NCBI GenBank assembly: GCA_049598495.1
Contig: JBMYNR010000002.1
Location: forward strand, 1-64,000
DNA from: Opitutales bacterium
GTDB taxonomy: Bacteria; Verrucomicrobiota; Verrucomicrobiia; Opitutales; Coraliomargaritaceae
DNA: 64,000 nucleotides
Reading direction: 5' to 3'
The position numbers and the translations under genes are program-made. Shown here piece by piece: positions 21,284 through 32,539 of this stretch. The first letter of the stretch is position 1. The number at the start of each line of letters is the position of its first letter. A model generated the notes under the pieces. That model was not told the DNA's origin and did not search any database. It was given only the letters and a program-made list of their open reading frames with translations.

Positions 21284-22309
21284 CTAGCCGATGCGCCCGA
21301 GTTGAGCGCGAACCAGTGCCGCAATTTTCTGCATCGACTCAACCGGGGGCAGGTCGACGAAGGGCGCAACCACTTCCGTGGCTTTAGCCAATTCGCCCTC
21401 AAAACTCGCGACCACCTCCTCGAAGATCGGGAAGTCTTGCAGGCGCTTGATAAAATCATCTCCCACAGTCGCATCGCCTGCCCGAAAACGCTTCAACAAA
21501 TCATCGCGTTCCTCCTCGGGGAGCCTCTCTAACAAGAGCAGGAGCGGCAATGTGAATTTCCCCTTATCGAGATCCGTGCCGAGCGTCTTACCAATCATCG
21601 ATTCATCCGCATAGAGGTCAACGAGATCGTCAAATATCTGGTAGGCGATACCAAGATGGCAACCAAAGCGTCCCGCCGCCTCGCTAAATTCCACGGGATA
21701 GCCCGCCACCTTTGCCCCGAGACGACAGGCAACCTCAAAGAGCTCGGCTGTCTTCAGTTGAATCACCCGAAAGTAAAACTCACGGCTGTAGTTCACTTCG
21801 CCGCGCTGGTAGGTCTGGGCGATCTCCCCCGCACAAACACGCGCAGTCGCTTGGGCAACAAGACGGCAGACTTCCGTCGTCTCAAACTCGGCTGCCAACT
21901 TGAGCGCGTGAGAGAAGAGGACATCACCGATGAGAACCGCCGCAGCCGGTCCGAATTTCTTCGCTGCAGTCTCCTGTCGGTGCCGGGTATCGGCCTCATC
22001 GAGAATATCGTCATGGACGAGTGTCGCGAGGTGCACAAGCTCGATCACCGAGCCGAGTTTGACAAGCGCCTCTTTGCGATCCGCACCAAGGCCTGCCCAG
22101 CCGCTATAGGCGACCAACATCGGCCGCAACCGCTTACCGCTATGCCCGAATACGTAGCGAACATGCTCCTGTATCTCGGGCTCCAGTTCCATGACTTGCG
22201 ACTGAAGGAACCGGTCCAGATCATCCAGGTATGGCTTCACCGGTTCATAAACCTCGGCGAAGCCGGCAGCGGCTACTTTGTCGGCCTCAGATTTGGAACG
22301 TGTTGTCAT
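21284..22309 (-). CDS. Polyprenyl diphosphate synthase
   Basis: GKRLRP, LVHDDILD and FDDLVD aspartate-rich motifs. Confidence 0.95.
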   Translation of the reverse strand: MTTRSKSEADKVAAAGFAEVYEPVKPYLDDLDRFLQSQVMELEPEIQEHVRYVFGHSGKRLRPMLVAYSGWAGLGADRKEALVKLGSVIELVHLATLVHDDILDEADTRHRQETAAKKFGPAAAVLIGDVLFSHALKLAAEFETTEVCRLVAQATARVCAGEIAQTYQRGEVNYSREFYFRVIQLKTAELFEVACRLGAKVAGYPVEFSEAAGRFGCHLGIAYQIFDDLVDLYADESMIGKTLGTDLDKGKFTLPLLLLLERLPEEERDDLLKRFRAGDATVGDDFIKRLQDFPIFEEVVASFEGELAKATEVVAPFVDLPPVESMQKIAALVRAQLGRIG

Positions 22310-22363
22310 CGCAGGGTTATCAAAGCGGGAAGCCGCCCCGGTGCAAAGGGAAACGCGAGAAAA

Positions 22364-23140
22364 CTAGAGCCACTCGTCCAACACCTCAAGGAAGCCGCGC
22401 CGATTTTCCACGTGGACGTTGTGCCCCGCGCCGACCACGGTCTCCTGATGAAGCAGAGGGAACCATTGCTGCATCTCTTCGGCATCCCCGTCATCAATAA
22501 AATCCGAGTTGGCTCCTCGCACGAGAAGTGCCGGCTTGTCGAAGCGGTCCGAGTCGAGCAGCGAATTTTGCCGAATATGCGGCAGGCTGGCATGGAGTAC
22601 CTCCAAATTGATCTGCCACTTGAAGGCTCCGCTCGCCTCGTCCCGCACCAAGTTAGTCAAGAGAAACTGCCGCATGGCCCACTCCGGAACCATCGACTCC
22701 AGCAACTCCTCAGCCTCCCTGCGACTCGTCAATTCTCCTGCGGGAATCCGTTTCATCGCACGAAACTCGAGGTCGTGATACGGTGGATAGGCCTTGGCTG
22801 CGATATCCACGATCACGAGCTTCTCAACGACCGCCTCGTTCTGGCAGGCGTAGCGCATCGCGATCTTCCCACCGAGACTGTGTCCCATAAGATGGATCGT
22901 GCTCAGCCCCTGCTCATCCAAATAATCCTGCAAATCCGCACAGAGCTCGGCCCAACGCATTGTTTCGGCATGCGGTGAGCTACCATGGTTGCGCAGGTCC
23001 ACTGCGTGCACGTCGAAGCGCTCCCGCAAGGCACGCCCAATCGTCATCCAGTTGCGCGACGCACCCAAGAGCCCGTGCAGAATCACCAGCGCAGGTGCGT
23101 TGGTGTTCTCATAACGAAGCGCTTGTAACTTCACGGTCAT
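22364..23140 (-). CDS. Alpha/beta hydrolase (YbfF-like esterase)
   Basis: LHGLLG, DLRNHG, GHSLGGK, AGHNVH. Confidence 0.92.
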   Translation of the reverse strand: MTVKLQALRYENTNAPALVILHGLLGASRNWMTIGRALRERFDVHAVDLRNHGSSPHAETMRWAELCADLQDYLDEQGLSTIHLMGHSLGGKIAMRYACQNEAVVEKLVIVDIAAKAYPPYHDLEFRAMKRIPAGELTSRREAEELLESMVPEWAMRQFLLTNLVRDEASGAFKWQINLEVLHASLPHIRQNSLLDSDRFDKPALLVRGANSDFIDDGDAEEMQQWFPLLHQETVVGAGHNVHVENRRGFLEVLDEWL

Positions 23141-23224
23141 CGCCTCTGTTTCTGATCCAGATAGGCATAATTTGTCACGAACAATGCACTTGATTCTGAA
23201 ATCCGTATAAATATATATTTATGC

Positions 23225-23467
23225 ATGAGAACCACCATTGATATGCCTGATTCTCTAATGAAGCGGGTCAAATTAGCGGCTGCTCGTCGAAACACGACCT
23301 TTCGTGCCCTTGTCGTTCACGCTCTTGAACGCACTCTAGACGACATGCCGGATAGCTTCGAACTGGAGGATGCGTCCACTGGGCACTCCGACGGGAATGA
23401 TCCGGTAAACAGTGAAACGATCAACCAGGCGATCGACCGCCAACGGGAACGCTCTTTCACACAATGA
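23225..23467 (+). CDS. VapB-type antitoxin (RHH)
   Basis: MRTTIDMPDSL, overlapping the downstream PIN gene. Confidence 0.8.
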   Translation: MRTTIDMPDSLMKRVKLAAARRNTTFRALVVHALERTLDDMPDSFELEDASTGHSDGNDPVNSETINQAIDRQRERSFTQ

Positions 23468-23898
23468 TCGCGCTGGACACAAATATACTGATCCACGCGC
23501 ACCGCCGGGATGCAAGTCTACACGCAAGCGCAGCCGAAGCGGTCAAGGAACTCGCCGAATCCATGCGCCCGTGGTCTGTTTGCTATCACAGCCTCATTGA
23601 GTTCTATGGTGTCGCGACACGCTCCCATATCTGGCGCAATGCCTCCACGCCCGAACAAGCCTTTAAACAGATCAAGGCATGGAAAGCCTCGCCAAGCCTT
23701 CGAATCCTTGGTGATTCCGACGTCAGCCTAGAAACCCTTGAATCACTCGCGCTTCAGGCAAGTGTTCAAGGTCCGCTCATACACGACGCCCGGATCGCAG
23801 CCTGCTGCCTGGCAAATGGCGTCACTGAACTGTGGACGGTGGATCGCGATTTCAGCCGTTTTTCGGCGCTCAAGACAAGAAACCCCTTGAACTCATAG
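23464..23898 (+). CDS. vapC: VapC PIN-domain toxin
   Basis: IALDTNILI, IHDARIAA, TVDRDFSRF. Confidence 0.9.
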   Translation: MIALDTNILIHAHRRDASLHASAAEAVKELAESMRPWSVCYHSLIEFYGVATRSHIWRNASTPEQAFKQIKAWKASPSLRILGDSDVSLETLESLALQASVQGPLIHDARIAACCLANGVTELWTVDRDFSRFSALKTRNPLNS

Positions 23899-23925
23899 GG
23901 AAGGGCGACAGTCCTAAGGCAGAGT

Positions 23926-26490
23926 ATGGCTCAAAAGAAACTCACCCCAATGATGCAGCAGTGGCACGAAATCCGTGCCAAACTGGGCGACGATACGCTG
24001 CTCATGTTTCGGCTGGGGGATTTCTACGAGATCTTCCAGCAGGATGCTGAATGGGGAGCCAAACTACTTGGCATTACTCTGACGCACCGCCACGGCATGC
24101 CCATGGCAGGCATCCCCTTTCACGCAGCCGACGGCTACATTCAGAAACTACTGGACCAAGGAGTGAAAATCGCGATCTGCGACCAGGTCGAGACACCCCA
24201 GCCCGGCAAGCTGGTCAAGCGGCAGCTCACTCGTATCATTACTCCGGGCACCCGGCTCGCCGACACCCAGATTGACGCCCAGCGCAACCACTTCCTCCTC
24301 TCGCTCACACTCGGTAAAAAGGCCCTCAACGCCGCCTGGCTCGACCTGACCACAGGCGAGTTTTTCATCGCATCGGAGCAGCAACCGGAAAATCTCTTCG
24401 CCGCCTTTGAAAGCCTGGACCCGCGCGAGATCCTAGTCCCTGAAAATGCGTCGGAGCAATGGAGCCTCCCGCATAGGGAACAACGCTTCCGCGAACTCTA
24501 CACCCACCTTGGCGATGGCCGCGCCATCAGCCCGATTGCCGATTATCATTTCGACGAGGCCGCGGGTGCCCAATCCGTGATGGAAGCTCTCGGCGTAATG
24601 AACCTCGAAGGCTTCGGCATCGACAAAGATCATCCCGCCATGGGGGCCGCAGGTGCCCTCATCCATTACGCCACCGAGACGCTCTGTGCGAAGCCCGAAA
24701 ACCTTCGCAAAATCCGCGAATACTCCAGTGAGCGAACGCTCCTTCTCGACCCCGCGACCCTTCGCAATCTGGAGATCTTCAAATCCGCCGCCAACACTCG
24801 GCAAGGTTCACTGCTCGCAGCCATGGATGGCACCGTGACGCCACCCGGCGCTCGTCTACTGGAGCGCTGGCTCTGCGCACCCGAGCTCGATCTCGCTGAA
24901 ATTCAACGTCGTCAAAACTGCGTGGGCGAATTCGTCAGCGCACCCGGGCTAGCGACTGAACTACAGATCCTCCTAAAGGGTATTCGCGATATCGAGCGCA
25001 TCCTCAGCCGCCTGCAAAACCGCATGCGCAACCCTCGTGAATTGGGCGGTGTGCGCGACACGCTCAACGCGCTGCCCTCCATCGCAAATACTCTCCTGGA
25101 ATTTCCCGACACACCGGTCGCAACCATTGCCGAGCGTATCCATAACTTCGACACACTGACCGAGACACTTGCCCGCGCTTTGGCCGACGAACTACCCGGA
25201 AATATTGCCGATGGCGGCACCATTCGTGACGGCTACGATGAGGCCCTCGACCACACCCGCAGCCTCACCCGCGACAGCCAGAAGTGGCTGACAGAATTTG
25301 AGCAATCCGAACAGGCGCGCACCGGTATCAAGAACCTGCGCATCCGCTACAACGGTGCCTTTGGCTACTTTATCGAAGTGACCAAAAGCAATATCGCCCT
25401 CGTGCCCGAAGAATATGTGCGCAAGCAGACGATGAAAAATGCCGAGCGCTACACCACGGACGTACTGAAGGAGCGTGAGCGAGAGATTCTGCATGCCGAA
25501 GAGAAAGCCATCTCGCAGGAAGACGCGCTTTTTAACGGTCTGATTGAAGCCATTCTTAAGCATGCCGACGCGCTCAAAGAGACCGCGGCCGCGCTGGCCG
25601 AAATCGACGTCTTTGTCGGCTGGAGCACACTCGCTCGCGAGTGGGACTACTGCAAACCACAGCTCGACCACTCGGACAAACTACTGATCGACCAGGGGCG
25701 ACACCCCGTCGTCGAGCAGATGATGCGAAATGAGCGCCTCGGCCTTGCCGGCACCCACGCCTTCGTCCCAAACGACTGCCGCCTCTCTAGCTCTGCCAAA
25801 ACCGAGGACGCACCACAAATCGCGCTGATCACCGGCCCCAATATGGCCGGTAAATCAACCTACATCCGCCAAGTCGCCCTTATGGTACTGATGGCGCAAT
25901 CCGGCGCATGGGTCCCCGCACGAGCCTGCCAACTCGGTGTGGTCGATCGCATTTTCTCCCGTGTCGGCGCCAGCGATGAACTGGCCCGCGGAAACTCCAC
26001 CTTTATGGTCGAGATGAACGAGACGGCCAACATTCTCAACAACGCAACCGAACGCAGTCTCGTCATCCTCGACGAGATTGGGCGGGGCACCTCGACCTAC
26101 GACGGTCTCTCCATCGCCTGGGCCGTCATCGAGCACCTCCACCCTTCCGACGAGCCCGGCGCCCGCACCCTTTTTGCGACCCACTATCACGAGCTGACCC
26201 AGCTGGCCAAGACGCTGGACCGACTGGAGAACTATTCCGTCGCGGTCAAGGAGTGGAACGACGATATCGTCTTCGTGCGCCAAGTCATCAAGGGCGCCGC
26301 CGACCGGTCCTACGGGATTCAAGTCGCCCGCCTCGCCGGGCTGCCGGACACCGTCATCGACCGCGCCAAGACCATCCTCGAACGCCTCGAAGCCGACGAT
26401 TCCAGCCACAACCTCCTGCGCAAGCGTATGCAAAAGGAAAAATCGGGTGGCAGTACTCAGGACGAAGACGACCAGCTGGCTCTTTTCTAA
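23926..26490 (+). CDS. mutS: DNA mismatch repair protein
   Basis: TPMMQQW, FRLGDFYE, TGPNMAGKSTY, DEIGRGTST, ATHYHEL, SYGIQVARLAG. Confidence 0.99.
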   Translation: MAQKKLTPMMQQWHEIRAKLGDDTLLMFRLGDFYEIFQQDAEWGAKLLGITLTHRHGMPMAGIPFHAADGYIQKLLDQGVKIAICDQVETPQPGKLVKRQLTRIITPGTRLADTQIDAQRNHFLLSLTLGKKALNAAWLDLTTGEFFIASEQQPENLFAAFESLDPREILVPENASEQWSLPHREQRFRELYTHLGDGRAISPIADYHFDEAAGAQSVMEALGVMNLEGFGIDKDHPAMGAAGALIHYATETLCAKPENLRKIREYSSERTLLLDPATLRNLEIFKSAANTRQGSLLAAMDGTVTPPGARLLERWLCAPELDLAEIQRRQNCVGEFVSAPGLATELQILLKGIRDIERILSRLQNRMRNPRELGGVRDTLNALPSIANTLLEFPDTPVATIAERIHNFDTLTETLARALADELPGNIADGGTIRDGYDEALDHTRSLTRDSQKWLTEFEQSEQARTGIKNLRIRYNGAFGYFIEVTKSNIALVPEEYVRKQTMKNAERYTTDVLKEREREILHAEEKAISQEDALFNGLIEAILKHADALKETAAALAEIDVFVGWSTLAREWDYCKPQLDHSDKLLIDQGRHPVVEQMMRNERLGLAGTHAFVPNDCRLSSSAKTEDAPQIALITGPNMAGKSTYIRQVALMVLMAQSGAWVPARACQLGVVDRIFSRVGASDELARGNSTFMVEMNETANILNNATERSLVILDEIGRGTSTYDGLSIAWAVIEHLHPSDEPGARTLFATHYHELTQLAKTLDRLENYSVAVKEWNDDIVFVRQVIKGAADRSYGIQVARLAGLPDTVIDRAKTILERLEADDSSHNLLRKRMQKEKSGGSTQDEDDQLALF

Positions 26491-26915
26491 TTATGGCTCT
26501 GCTGACTGCAGCAGATCGCGCAGCACTCCTTGAACCAAAGTCCTGAAAAGAAGTGCGCCGGATGCGGAGCCCAAATACGGTCGAGCAAACACCTGAAGGT
26601 CGTGAGCCATACTGCCGTTGGGCCACCCACTGTTTGCAAACTTTTTAAAGACTCGAAGCCCGTCCGTTTTGCGCCACGAATTGGAAGCTATAGGCTCTAA
26701 ATGACACGGGAATAAGCGATACCCCTACGTAAACCACAAAATGCTTCCTTAATTTGTCCATATCCCCGCAGCTAGAACAGACCCTGCCCGCTAAACCCTC
26801 TGGGTTTCCCTGCCCCTTGAACATTGGGATGCGATATCGTTCATACTGCCAAAATGTATACATTTGTTCACTATTTTATTTGCAAGAGACATAATCTAGA
26901 GCCCAAAGTGGAGCC

Positions 26916-28154
26916 ATGGCCCTCCGCTATCTCTTCATCGACTTTGACAGCTTTTTCGCTTCCGTTGAGCAGCAGTTCCACCCAGAGCTGCGGGGTCGTC
27001 CCGTGGGCATTGTCCCTTCCCTGGGAGTCGAAACCACCTGCTGTATTGCAGCGAGTTATGAAGCTAAAGCTTTCGGCGTTAAGACGGGCACCGGCGTGCG
27101 CGAGGCTCGCGGGCTTTGCCCGGGAATCATCTTCGTAGAGGCGAGCCACTCCAAATATGTCCGGATCCACAAGCAGATCAAAGAGCGAATCCACGAGATC
27201 ATCTATATCGACGCCGTTCTCTCAATCGACGAAATGTATAGCCGTTTGCCTCGTCATTGGCAGCTCCCGGAGGTCGCTCGGGCCAAAGCGATGGAGATCA
27301 AGCGTGCTCTGGCCGAGGCCATCGGCCCGCATATCAGCGCCTCAATCGGCCTCGCCCCCAATCGCTTCCTCGCCAAGCTGGCCAGCAAACTGGAGAAACC
27401 AAATGGCCTGACCCTGATCGACTTTGAGGACCTCCCCGAAAAGCTCTACTCCTTTAAACTGAGCGACATTACCGGGATCGGCCGACGCATTGAGCACCGC
27501 CTCCATACCGCACGTATCATGGACATGGAAGCACTCTGCGCAGCGAGCCGCCAAAAACTCCACCACATCTGGGGCTCGATCGACGGTGATCGCATGTGGT
27601 ATGCCTTACGCGGGATCGAGGTGCCCCCGATCGAAACACATCGCAGCACCATCGGACACTCACATGTGCTGCCACCCCGTCTGCGCAGCTTTCACGGTGC
27701 CCACGCCACCCTCCACCGCATGCTACAAAAAGCCTGCCGGCGGCTGCGTGCCATGCACTACTTTACCGGGCATCTGGCAATCGGCGTGAAGTTTGGCTTC
27801 GAGCTACGCTGGGGCGCGGAGACTCGCTACTTTCCCACTCAGGACAGTGTGCGGCTCGGACAGTTGCTCAACACACTCTGGGCCCGGCATCCAGCCGATG
27901 CCCCCGAGCCCACCAAGGTCAGTGTGACTCTGTCCCGCCTCCAACACAAAGATTGCCACACACCCTCCCTCTTCGCCGAAGACAACCAACCACGCCGCAT
28001 GCAACTCCAGCATGCGATGGACCGCGTCAACAAACGCTTCGGCGGCCGCACGCTCTACTACGCCGACGCCATGGAGGCCCAGCGCTCGAGCGAAGCCGCG
28101 CCCATGCGCATCGCTTTTACGCACATTCCAGACCTCGAACTGGAAGGAGAATAA
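26916..28154 (+). CDS. Y-family (DinB/UmuC-like) translesion DNA polymerase
   Basis: FIDFDSFFASVEQ, IAASYEAK, SIDE, LAKLAS, KPNG. Confidence 0.92.
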   Translation: MALRYLFIDFDSFFASVEQQFHPELRGRPVGIVPSLGVETTCCIAASYEAKAFGVKTGTGVREARGLCPGIIFVEASHSKYVRIHKQIKERIHEIIYIDAVLSIDEMYSRLPRHWQLPEVARAKAMEIKRALAEAIGPHISASIGLAPNRFLAKLASKLEKPNGLTLIDFEDLPEKLYSFKLSDITGIGRRIEHRLHTARIMDMEALCAASRQKLHHIWGSIDGDRMWYALRGIEVPPIETHRSTIGHSHVLPPRLRSFHGAHATLHRMLQKACRRLRAMHYFTGHLAIGVKFGFELRWGAETRYFPTQDSVRLGQLLNTLWARHPADAPEPTKVSVTLSRLQHKDCHTPSLFAEDNQPRRMQLQHAMDRVNKRFGGRTLYYADAMEAQRSSEAAPMRIAFTHIPDLELEGE

Positions 28155-28243
28155 ACCTCGCTCAGGCAGTGCCTAGGCTGAGGGCAAATCGGGGAGTTCG
28201 GCTTCGACCTCTTCCACAACCGCTTCAACCTGAGCAGCCTCGT

Positions 28244-28363
28244 CATCCTCGAGCGCCTCGAAGCGGATGATATTCCTCCCACAATCTCCTGCGCAAGCGC
28301 ATGCGGAAGGATGAGTCCGGCGACAGCACTCGGGACGAAGACGACCTACTGGCCCGATTCTAG
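28244..28363 (+). repeat. Diverged duplicate of the mutS 3' end (26373-26490)
   Basis: Encodes ILERLEADD/SSHNLLRKRMRKDESGDSTRDEDDLLARF* (2-nt insertion) versus MutS ILERLEADDSSHNLLRKRMQKEKSGGSTQDEDDQLALF*. Confidence 0.92.
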
Positions 28364-28423
28364 CGGCGCGCGCCCCACAGACAGTTTGTTAGGGATTCCG
28401 GATTAAACAGCCCGAATCCACCC

Positions 28424-28462
28424 GTTACACGTATGTAACATTGCCGACACATAAGCTTAACA
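28424..28462 (+). promoter_or_regulatory. Pho-box-like array upstream of the TonB operon
   Basis: GTTACA/GTAACA/GACACA/TTAACA at 28424, 28435, 28446 and 28457, an exact 11-bp period. Confidence 0.7.
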
Positions 28463-28513
28463 ATCGCACACTTTCTTTTGAAATGGCTTTCTGCTATCGA
28501 GTCCCGCTCGCTT

Positions 28514-29275
28514 ATGAATACACGAATTTTAATCGCATTGGCCGTCGCCTTAAGCCTCGTGCCTCTCTCGCTCACCGCTCAGAATCAGGTCTCTGAGACT
28601 CGCAGCATTCTGGAAGAATGGGTGGAAACGCGTCAGATTGTTTCCAAGGAACGCGCAGACTGGGTCATCGAGAAATCGATTCTAGGTGACACTGTCGCGC
28701 TGCTCACGAAGGAACTCGAGCGGCTCAACAAGGCGTTGGAGGATCTAGAAGCCTCCGCAACAGCGGCGGACGAGGATCGGACGAAGCTCGCCGCCGAAAA
28801 AGAGAGGCTGACCGCAGCCTCTGCCGTCGTAGAGGGAAACATTGGCGCGCTCGAGACGCAACTAAAGCGCATCATCAAGTCACTCCCGGAGCCACTTGTT
28901 GAGAAGATTAAGCCCCTCATTCGCCGCCTCCCCGACAACCCGGAGGAGACCGGCCTCTCCCTCGGAGAGCGTGTCCAGAACATCGTCGGCATTCTCAGCC
29001 AAGCCGACAAGTTCAACACCACGATCACCCAAACCAGCGACTCGCGCGAGCTTGAGAGCGGTAAAACTGTCGAGGTGCGCACACTCTACTGGGGTCTCGC
29101 CATGGCTTACTATGTCGATGCCTCCGGAAGCTACGCGGGAATCGGATTCCCCGGAGCCGAGGGATGGGAATGGCCGCAAGTCGAAGGCAAAGGTGCGGAG
29201 ATCAAACGACTGATCGACGTCTACGAAGGAGTCGAGGATATCCAGTTCGTAGAAGTGCCTGCCCAAATCAACTAG
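28514..29275 (+). CDS. DUF3450-like periplasmic coiled-coil protein of TonB system
   Basis: Signal peptide and coiled coil; first gene of exbB-exbB-exbD-tonB-TPR cluster. Confidence 0.75.
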   Translation: MNTRILIALAVALSLVPLSLTAQNQVSETRSILEEWVETRQIVSKERADWVIEKSILGDTVALLTKELERLNKALEDLEASATAADEDRTKLAAEKERLTAASAVVEGNIGALETQLKRIIKSLPEPLVEKIKPLIRRLPDNPEETGLSLGERVQNIVGILSQADKFNTTITQTSDSRELESGKTVEVRTLYWGLAMAYYVDASGSYAGIGFPGAEGWEWPQVEGKGAEIKRLIDVYEGVEDIQFVEVPAQIN

Positions 29276-29297
29276 AACTTTCTAACAAGCTTCGATC

Positions 29298-30713
29298 ATG
29301 CACAGAAATGCTAAATCTCTCCTAGCTGCGATCGCACTCCTCGCGGTTCCCTTTGCTACGGCCAGTGCCCAGTCATTCAACCCGGTCAGCGCCGGAGCCG
29401 AAAAGGACCTCGAATCTGCGCTCGCAGAACTGACGAAGACCCGCTCTGATATCGCGGCCGAGAAAATCCCACTCATCCGGGAAGTCTCCGCTCTTGAGGA
29501 CGATGTTCGCCAGAAGTCCAGTCAATTGGATCGTCTCCGTCGTCTCCGTGACAATAGCGATCTGGGCCTGAACCGCCTTCGCGAACAAGTCGAAGCCATC
29601 ACCACTCAGAATGAATACGCAGCGGGGCTGCTCGACGAATTCGTCCGCACCTTCGAGACGCGCGTCGATTTCAGTGAGACTCAGCTCTACTCAGCTTCCG
29701 CGGAGGAGGCTCGCCTCGCGATCGATGACCCGGATCTCACACAAGCCGATCTTTTCAACAAACAGATCGAAGTCATCGGCATTGCGCTTGACCGCCTCGA
29801 ACAATTAACGGGTGGCTATACCTTCGAAGGCAAAGCACTGGCCCCTACAGGCGAGATCGAAACAGGGAGCTTCGCCGTTTTCGGCCCATCGGTTTACTTC
29901 GCATCGAGCGAGTCCGATCTGGCAGGCACCACTTTCAATAAACTCAATGCTGCTGAAGCAGCGATCGCAGTGCCTGGTGTCGAATTTGCCGCCGGTATCC
30001 GCGAGTTGGTGACGGGCGGGGATGGCGCCATCCCAGCTGACGCTACATTAGGCAAGGCTCTGAAAATCGCCGAGGGTGACGACAGTCTTCTCGAGCATAT
30101 GGCCAAGGGCGGCAGTGTCGGTTATGTCATTATAGGTCTCGGTGTCGTCTGCTTACTACTGGGCCTCTTCAAGGTCCAGGAAGTGACCTCTTTCAAGACA
30201 CCCGCACCCGAAGACGTGCAATCAATTATAACCCACTTGGAGAATCAGGATCTTCAGAGCGCCCGCTCCAAGGCGGCGTCCGTCCCCGGCCAAGGCGGTG
30301 CTCTCCTCGTAAAGGGCGTCCAATTTGCCGATGAGAAACGCGGCACGCTCGAGGAGATCCTCTATGAGAAAATCCTCGCGGTTCGACCCAAGCTCGAGCG
30401 TTTTCTGCCCTTCATTGCTCTTACGGCTGCAGCTGCGCCCCTTCTTGGACTGCTCGGAACGGTGACGGGTATGATTCAGACCTTCAACTTGATCACCATT
30501 TTCGGAACGGGCGACGCAAAAAGCCTCTCCTCCGGCATCTCTCAGGCACTCGTCACCACCGAACTCGGCCTCATCGTGGCGATTCCTGCGTTGATCCTCC
30601 ACGGACTGCTGGCTCGTATGGCACGCCAGAAGATCGGCGACCTTGAACAGACAGCCGTTGGTTTCATCAACGGAGCCCTCGGTGCCCGCAACAGCCAAAA
30701 GGACGAGGCCTAA
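29298..30713 (+). CDS. Long MotA/TolQ/ExbB protein (TtpC-like)
   Basis: Signal peptide and large periplasmic domain, then [17 protein letters not shown]...[13 protein letters not shown]. Confidence 0.9.
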   Translation: MHRNAKSLLAAIALLAVPFATASAQSFNPVSAGAEKDLESALAELTKTRSDIAAEKIPLIREVSALEDDVRQKSSQLDRLRRLRDNSDLGLNRLREQVEAITTQNEYAAGLLDEFVRTFETRVDFSETQLYSASAEEARLAIDDPDLTQADLFNKQIEVIGIALDRLEQLTGGYTFEGKALAPTGEIETGSFAVFGPSVYFASSESDLAGTTFNKLNAAEAAIAVPGVEFAAGIRELVTGGDGAIPADATLGKALKIAEGDDSLLEHMAKGGSVGYVIIGLGVVCLLLGLFKVQEVTSFKTPAPEDVQSIITHLENQDLQSARSKAASVPGQGGALLVKGVQFADEKRGTLEEILYEKILAVRPKLERFLPFIALTAAAAPLLGLLGTVTGMIQTFNLITIFGTGDAKSLSSGISQALVTTELGLIVAIPALILHGLLARMARQKIGDLEQTAVGFINGALGARNSQKDEA

Positions 30714-30742
30714 GTCACGGCCATTCAAAAAAACATTTCGGG

Positions 30743-31327
30743 ATGTTCGAGAAAATCGTAGATATCTGGCTGAGCGGCGGATGGGTCATGATCCCGCTGG
30801 CCGCGTTAGCTGTCTTGATCTACTCGAACGGCATTCAATTGCTGCTTTTCCTGCGCAAGGGCAACATCCAGCTCGGGCACGAGTCAGAGTGGATGACCTG
30901 GATCTACAATCCGAGCCAAGCAACAGGACGGGCAGGCGAGATCATCCGCTATACCCAGGAGAACGTCACCGCGGCCAAGCACGTTCGCAACCGTTTCGTG
31001 GAGGTGCGCCAGACCATGCTCCACAATATCGAGCGTCGACTCATCTTCCTGAATACACTGGTCGCCGCTGCACCGCTCATGGGCCTGCTGGGCACCGTGA
31101 TCGGGATGCTCGGCACCTTCTCCGCAATCTCAGCTGGCGGCGGAGCCGAAACCGCCGCGATGGTCGCAGCTGGAATTTCCGAAGCGCTCATCACCACTCA
31201 GACGGGCCTCTTTGTGGCACTTCCGGGCATCTTTCTCGTTTTGATCATCCGTCGCCGCAAGCACGCTGTCGAAGCCGCCCTCGCGCGCATCGAATCCCTC
31301 AGCCTAACCAAGCTCCAACTGGATTAG
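30743..31327 (+). CDS. exbB: ExbB/TolQ proton channel
   Basis: [26 protein letters not shown]. Confidence 0.9.
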   Translation: MFEKIVDIWLSGGWVMIPLAALAVLIYSNGIQLLLFLRKGNIQLGHESEWMTWIYNPSQATGRAGEIIRYTQENVTAAKHVRNRFVEVRQTMLHNIERRLIFLNTLVAAAPLMGLLGTVIGMLGTFSAISAGGGAETAAMVAAGISEALITTQTGLFVALPGIFLVLIIRRRKHAVEAALARIESLSLTKLQLD

Positions 31328-31352
31328 TCAATCCGCCATCATTCATTCAATA

Positions 31353-31751
<399 letters not shown>

Positions 31752-31796
31752 AGCCTTCCAGCGTTTCCATCTTTCAGGTTTTCAGCATTTCAAGAG

Positions 31797-32453
31797 ATGT
31801 CTAAGATCTACAATCCACCCCAGCACCGCAAAGGCATGATGGCCACGGGCACCGTGCTCGGCATCGCTGTGAGTGGATTACTCTTTCTTGCGATTCCCTT
31901 GACGCAGATCTTCATGAGCTATCAGAAATCTCCTGAGGAAATCGAGGCGATCGACATTGCGCCACCTCCGCCTCCACCTCCACCAGAGGATCCACCACCG
32001 CCGCCAGAGCCGGAACAGGAGGAACCTCCACCAGAACTGAATACCCCTCCCCCACCGATCACACTGGAACAACTCGATATGGCCCTAAACCCGGGAACGG
32101 GTGCCTCGCTTGCGGGCGACTTTGCCCTGCCGACCCTCGACATCAGTGGCAGCGATCTGGGTGGTTTGGAAATTTTTGATTTGGGCGATGTCGACTCGCC
32201 ACCCAAGCCACGCACACGCATTGAGTTTAGCTATCCTTCCGCCGCTAAGCGCAAGGGCATCACCGGTGTGGTTAAAGTCGAATACGTGGTCAACGAACGT
32301 GGCCGCGTCGAGCAGATCAATATCGTCGAATCCCCTGACAAGATTCTATCCAAGGGCACCGAGGAAGTCCTCGAGCGTGCCCGGTTCGAGCCCGCCCAAA
32401 AAGGTGGCCGTGAAGTTAAAGTCCGCATGCGCGCCGCGATTCCTTACCGGTAA
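31797..32453 (+). CDS. tonB: Energy transducer TonB
   Basis: N-terminal TM, poly-Pro linker, [25 protein letters not shown]-domain. Confidence 0.92.
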   Translation: MSKIYNPPQHRKGMMATGTVLGIAVSGLLFLAIPLTQIFMSYQKSPEEIEAIDIAPPPPPPPPEDPPPPPEPEQEEPPPELNTPPPPITLEQLDMALNPGTGASLAGDFALPTLDISGSDLGGLEIFDLGDVDSPPKPRTRIEFSYPSAAKRKGITGVVKVEYVVNERGRVEQINIVESPDKILSKGTEEVLERARFEPAQKGGREVKVRMRAAIPYR

Positions 32454-32539
32454 CATTTAAGAAATTCGAATTAAGAAAGAAGGCCGCTCACATTCTCCTC
32501 ATCCCATATCACAGATCACGTATCTCAAATCCCTTTCTC

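Noticed and set aside
21656..22978. 440-aa plus-strand ORF
   Set aside because: Antisense shadow of the prenyl synthase and hydrolase genes; no recognisable motifs
26493..26647. Short interrupted ORF after mutS (MALLTAADRAALLEPKS*...)
   Set aside because: Too short and without a recognisable family; at most a remnant
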